DNA from: a virus
DNA: 64,000 nt
Reading direction: 5' to 3' (one strand)
IMG/VR virus record: IMGVR_UViG_3300020045_002743
Coordinates: 1-64,000 of that record
Of this stretch, positions 61,870 through 64,000 are shown one piece after another. Every line of letters begins with the position of its first letter. The first letter of the stretch is position 1. The notes below the pieces were generated by a model, which saw nothing but the letters and a program-made list of their open reading frames with translations, had not been told where the DNA came from and did no database searches. A program made the translations under genes and the position numbers.

Positions 61870-62287
61870 TCAAAAAGGCATTAGCCTAATTAAAAGTTTT
61901 GAAGGTTTGTCTCTTAAAGCTTATAAAGACTCTGTTGGTGTTGTGACAATTGGCTATGGTTCCACTGGTCCTCATGTTTCAATGGGACAAACCATCACTG
62001 AGACTCAAGCAGAGTCTTTGCTGAAAAGTGACCTTTCAAGATTTGAAACGGCGGTCGGCGGTCTAGTCACTGTCGCCCTTAATCAAAATCAATTTGATGC
62101 TTTAGTTAGCTTTAGCTTCAACCTTGGCTTAGGTAATCTCAAATCCTCGACTCTACTGCGAAAACTGAACTCTCTGGATTATTCAGGTGCAGCTAAAGAG
62201 TTTGAAAGATGGAACAAAGCAGGCGGTAAAGTTTTTGCTGGACTAACCCGTAGACGAATTGCAGAGAGGGATTTGTTTCTCTCCTAG
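61859..62287 (+). CDS. Endolysin, GH24 lysozyme
   Basis: FEG.SL.AY.DSVGV.TIGYG (E-D-T triad), QFDALVSF.FN.G, GL.RRR.AE; GTG start. Confidence 0.93.
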   Translation: MNISQKGISLIKSFEGLSLKAYKDSVGVVTIGYGSTGPHVSMGQTITETQAESLLKSDLSRFETAVGGLVTVALNQNQFDALVSFSFNLGLGNLKSSTLLRKLNSLDYSGAAKEFERWNKAGGKVFAGLTRRRIAERDLFLS

Positions 62288-62296
62288 GCACGCATA

Positions 62297-62635
62297 ATGA
62301 CAGATGTAAAGAATGAAACAGTTCCACTAACAGTAGATACACAAACAGAAGCTACAATCACTTCTACAGTTTCTTCAACCCCTAAGAAACTGGAGATAGT
62401 AAGTAACTGGCGTAAGGTTCTACTTACGTGGAGTTTTTGGCTTCATATGGGCTCTGTGATCCTAACCTTCATTGACCAGCTATTGCCGTTCCTAGGTTTG
62501 CTTGAGCCAACCATGACAACTCAAACCTACGCCTTACTTATGTTTAGTTTCAACGGACTAGGTTTATTTGCAAGGTTTATCAAGCAACGCAAGTTGTGGG
62601 AATATAATCCAGAGGATAAGGAAAATGTTCAGTAA
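62297..62635 (+). CDS. Holin-like membrane protein
   Basis: NWRK....WS, two hydrophobic segments, AR.IKQ. Confidence 0.6.
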   Translation: MTDVKNETVPLTVDTQTEATITSTVSSTPKKLEIVSNWRKVLLTWSFWLHMGSVILTFIDQLLPFLGLLEPTMTTQTYALLMFSFNGLGLFARFIKQRKLWEYNPEDKENVQ

Positions 62636-63068
62636 CCTATTCTCTGGTGCTGCTCTGTACATCATCCTAGCCTTGTTAGCTTCAACAGTAGGGTTTGGCT
62701 ATCTTTCGTATAGTTTGAGCAACGACAAGGCTGTAGCAGTAGCTCAGCTTAAGACAGCCAATGAAACGGCTGAAGGATATAAAAACTCCCTCAACTTAAA
62801 GGATTCTTCCTGTAAGATTGATGACACTTCAGTGGTTGAAGTTGAAACAGACAAGAAAGACCTTCAAAGTAAAGTTGATGCTGTATCTGACAAATTTGAT
62901 AAGCTAAAGATTATTACGGCTACTAAGCCTTCAGTCAAACAAGAGATAATTAATCATGAAACTAATGTCTTGCCTGATGATGGGATTCTTAGTCCTAACA
63001 TTACAAGCTTGCTCAATGAAGGGTGGTGCAATGCCTTCCCCTCAGATAACGTATGTCGGACCAAGTGA
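62625..63068 (+). CDS. i-spanin
   Basis: N-terminal TM then coiled coil; overlaps the lipoprotein gene. Confidence 0.75.
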   Translation: MFSNLFSGAALYIILALLASTVGFGYLSYSLSNDKAVAVAQLKTANETAEGYKNSLNLKDSSCKIDDTSVVEVETDKKDLQSKVDAVSDKFDKLKIITATKPSVKQEIINHETNVLPDDGILSPNITSLLNEGWCNAFPSDNVCRTK

Positions 63069-63234
63069 CGCATTGTTGATGAGACCCTGCAAAGCTACTC
63101 CGGCTGGCGAGAGCCTTATTGACCTAGCCAAAGCTCAGAATAAGAATGTGTCATGTATCAGTATGTATCAGAAACAGTTAGACGCAATCAAGAAGAATAG
63201 AGACGCCCAAAAGGAATTGTATAATGTCCGATGA
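62956..63234 (+). CDS. o-spanin lipoprotein
   Basis: LQAC lipobox, P...L..PC, C-terminal Cys. Confidence 0.75.
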   Translation: MKLMSCLMMGFLVLTLQACSMKGGAMPSPQITYVGPSDALLMRPCKATPAGESLIDLAKAQNKNVSCISMYQKQLDAIKKNRDAQKELYNVR

Positions 63235-63505
63235 TGCAGCTAACAGTAGAATCACTGCTATATGGGAGAGGTTTGCGATAGGTCTACTCTCTGTGGTGAT
63301 GGCTCTAGGGTTAATGGTGATCCAAGACCTGCGTACACAGGTTAAGGAGACAGAAAGCCGTGTCTTGTTCCTTTACACGGACAAGGTCAGTAACCAGCAG
63401 CTCAAGGACACAGAGCAGCGATTAGTGACTAACATCGAAGGTATGCGTTCAGACCTTCTTGCAAGGCTAGACTTGTATTTTGGGAAGTTAACAAAACAAA
63501 AATAA
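63224..63505 (+). CDS. Single-TM coiled-coil protein (holin/antiholin candidate)
   Basis: Hydrophobic segment within the lysis module. Confidence 0.5.
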   Translation: MSDDAANSRITAIWERFAIGLLSVVMALGLMVIQDLRTQVKETESRVLFLYTDKVSNQQLKDTEQRLVTNIEGMRSDLLARLDLYFGKLTKQK

Positions 63506-63517
63506 TTAGGAGGTCCA

Positions 63518-63856
63518 ATGGTTTGGAAGATATTGGATCGTGCTGGGACATTAGCATATCTATTACTGTCGACAATACTAATAACAATACTAATGTCCAA
63601 TTCCAGTGAGAATGCTGGTGTTAACAACTTCTCACAAAAACTAGACTTAGTAAAAGAAGAGATACTTAAAGTTGTAGTTAATAACACTACGTATCTTGAA
63701 GGAAGAATAAACAATGTATCAGAAAGACAAGATAACTACCAAGTCACAACTGATCAGCGTGTTTATGTGTTGGAACAAAGAATTAAAGAATTGCAAAACA
63801 ACAATAAAAGTAGTCAGAAAATGATTCAGAATAATATCCAGACTTTGACTAACTAG
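63518..63856 (+). CDS. Single-TM coiled-coil protein
   Basis: AGGAGG RBS; N-terminal TM. Confidence 0.6.
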   Translation: MVWKILDRAGTLAYLLLSTILITILMSNSSENAGVNNFSQKLDLVKEEILKVVVNNTTYLEGRINNVSERQDNYQVTTDQRVYVLEQRIKELQNNNKSSQKMIQNNIQTLTN

Positions 63857-63926
63857 AAAGAATAAAAATAAGCACTGCCCTAGCAGACATTTGAGGTTAC
63901 GCCATTAACCTTATCTCAGAACTTTG

Positions 63927-63957
63927 CCCCGCGTCCGAAAGGATAGCGGGGATTTTT
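63927..63957 (+). terminator. Intrinsic terminator ending the late operon
   Basis: CCCCGC-GTCC-GAAA-GGAT-A-GCGGGG then ATTTTT. Confidence 0.85.
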
Positions 63958-64000
63958 ATCGTCTTAAGTATAATCTTTAGAATCCTCATCTTGCCCCCCT

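Overview
AT-rich 64 kb segment of a lytic contractile-tailed (myovirus) phage. Gene order resembles PAK_P1/Otagovirus/Felix O1-type phages, so the host is probably a gammaproteobacterium such as Pseudomonas (inference). Layout: (1) 1-12.8 kb, + strand early region of many small ORFs behind near-consensus sigma70 promoters; (2) 12.1-13.4 kb, mostly non-coding convergence zone; (3) 13.4-29 kb, minus-strand small ORFs plus DNA adenine methylase, dCMP deaminase, ClpP-like protease, PhoH and a stand-alone GGQ release-factor domain; (4) 29-31.6 kb, divergence zone with four tRNAs, several structured non-tRNA elements and the probable terminase small subunit; (5) 31.6-37.2 kb, extra fibre module; (6) 37.8-61.1 kb, terminase, head, neck, tail, baseplate and tailspike; (7) 61.3-63.9 kb, lysis genes. 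Four free-standing HNH endonuclease genes are present. Main candidates for novelty: a tRNA-cluster RNA of tandem hairpins whose loops all display anti-Shine-Dalgarno sequence (UCUCCU); two miniature copies of tail sheath and baseplate assembly motifs encoded outside the structural operon; and two HNH insertions that left stubs of the gene starts they displaced, one apparently swapping the endolysin family. All calls come from motif reading by eye; no database searches were run.
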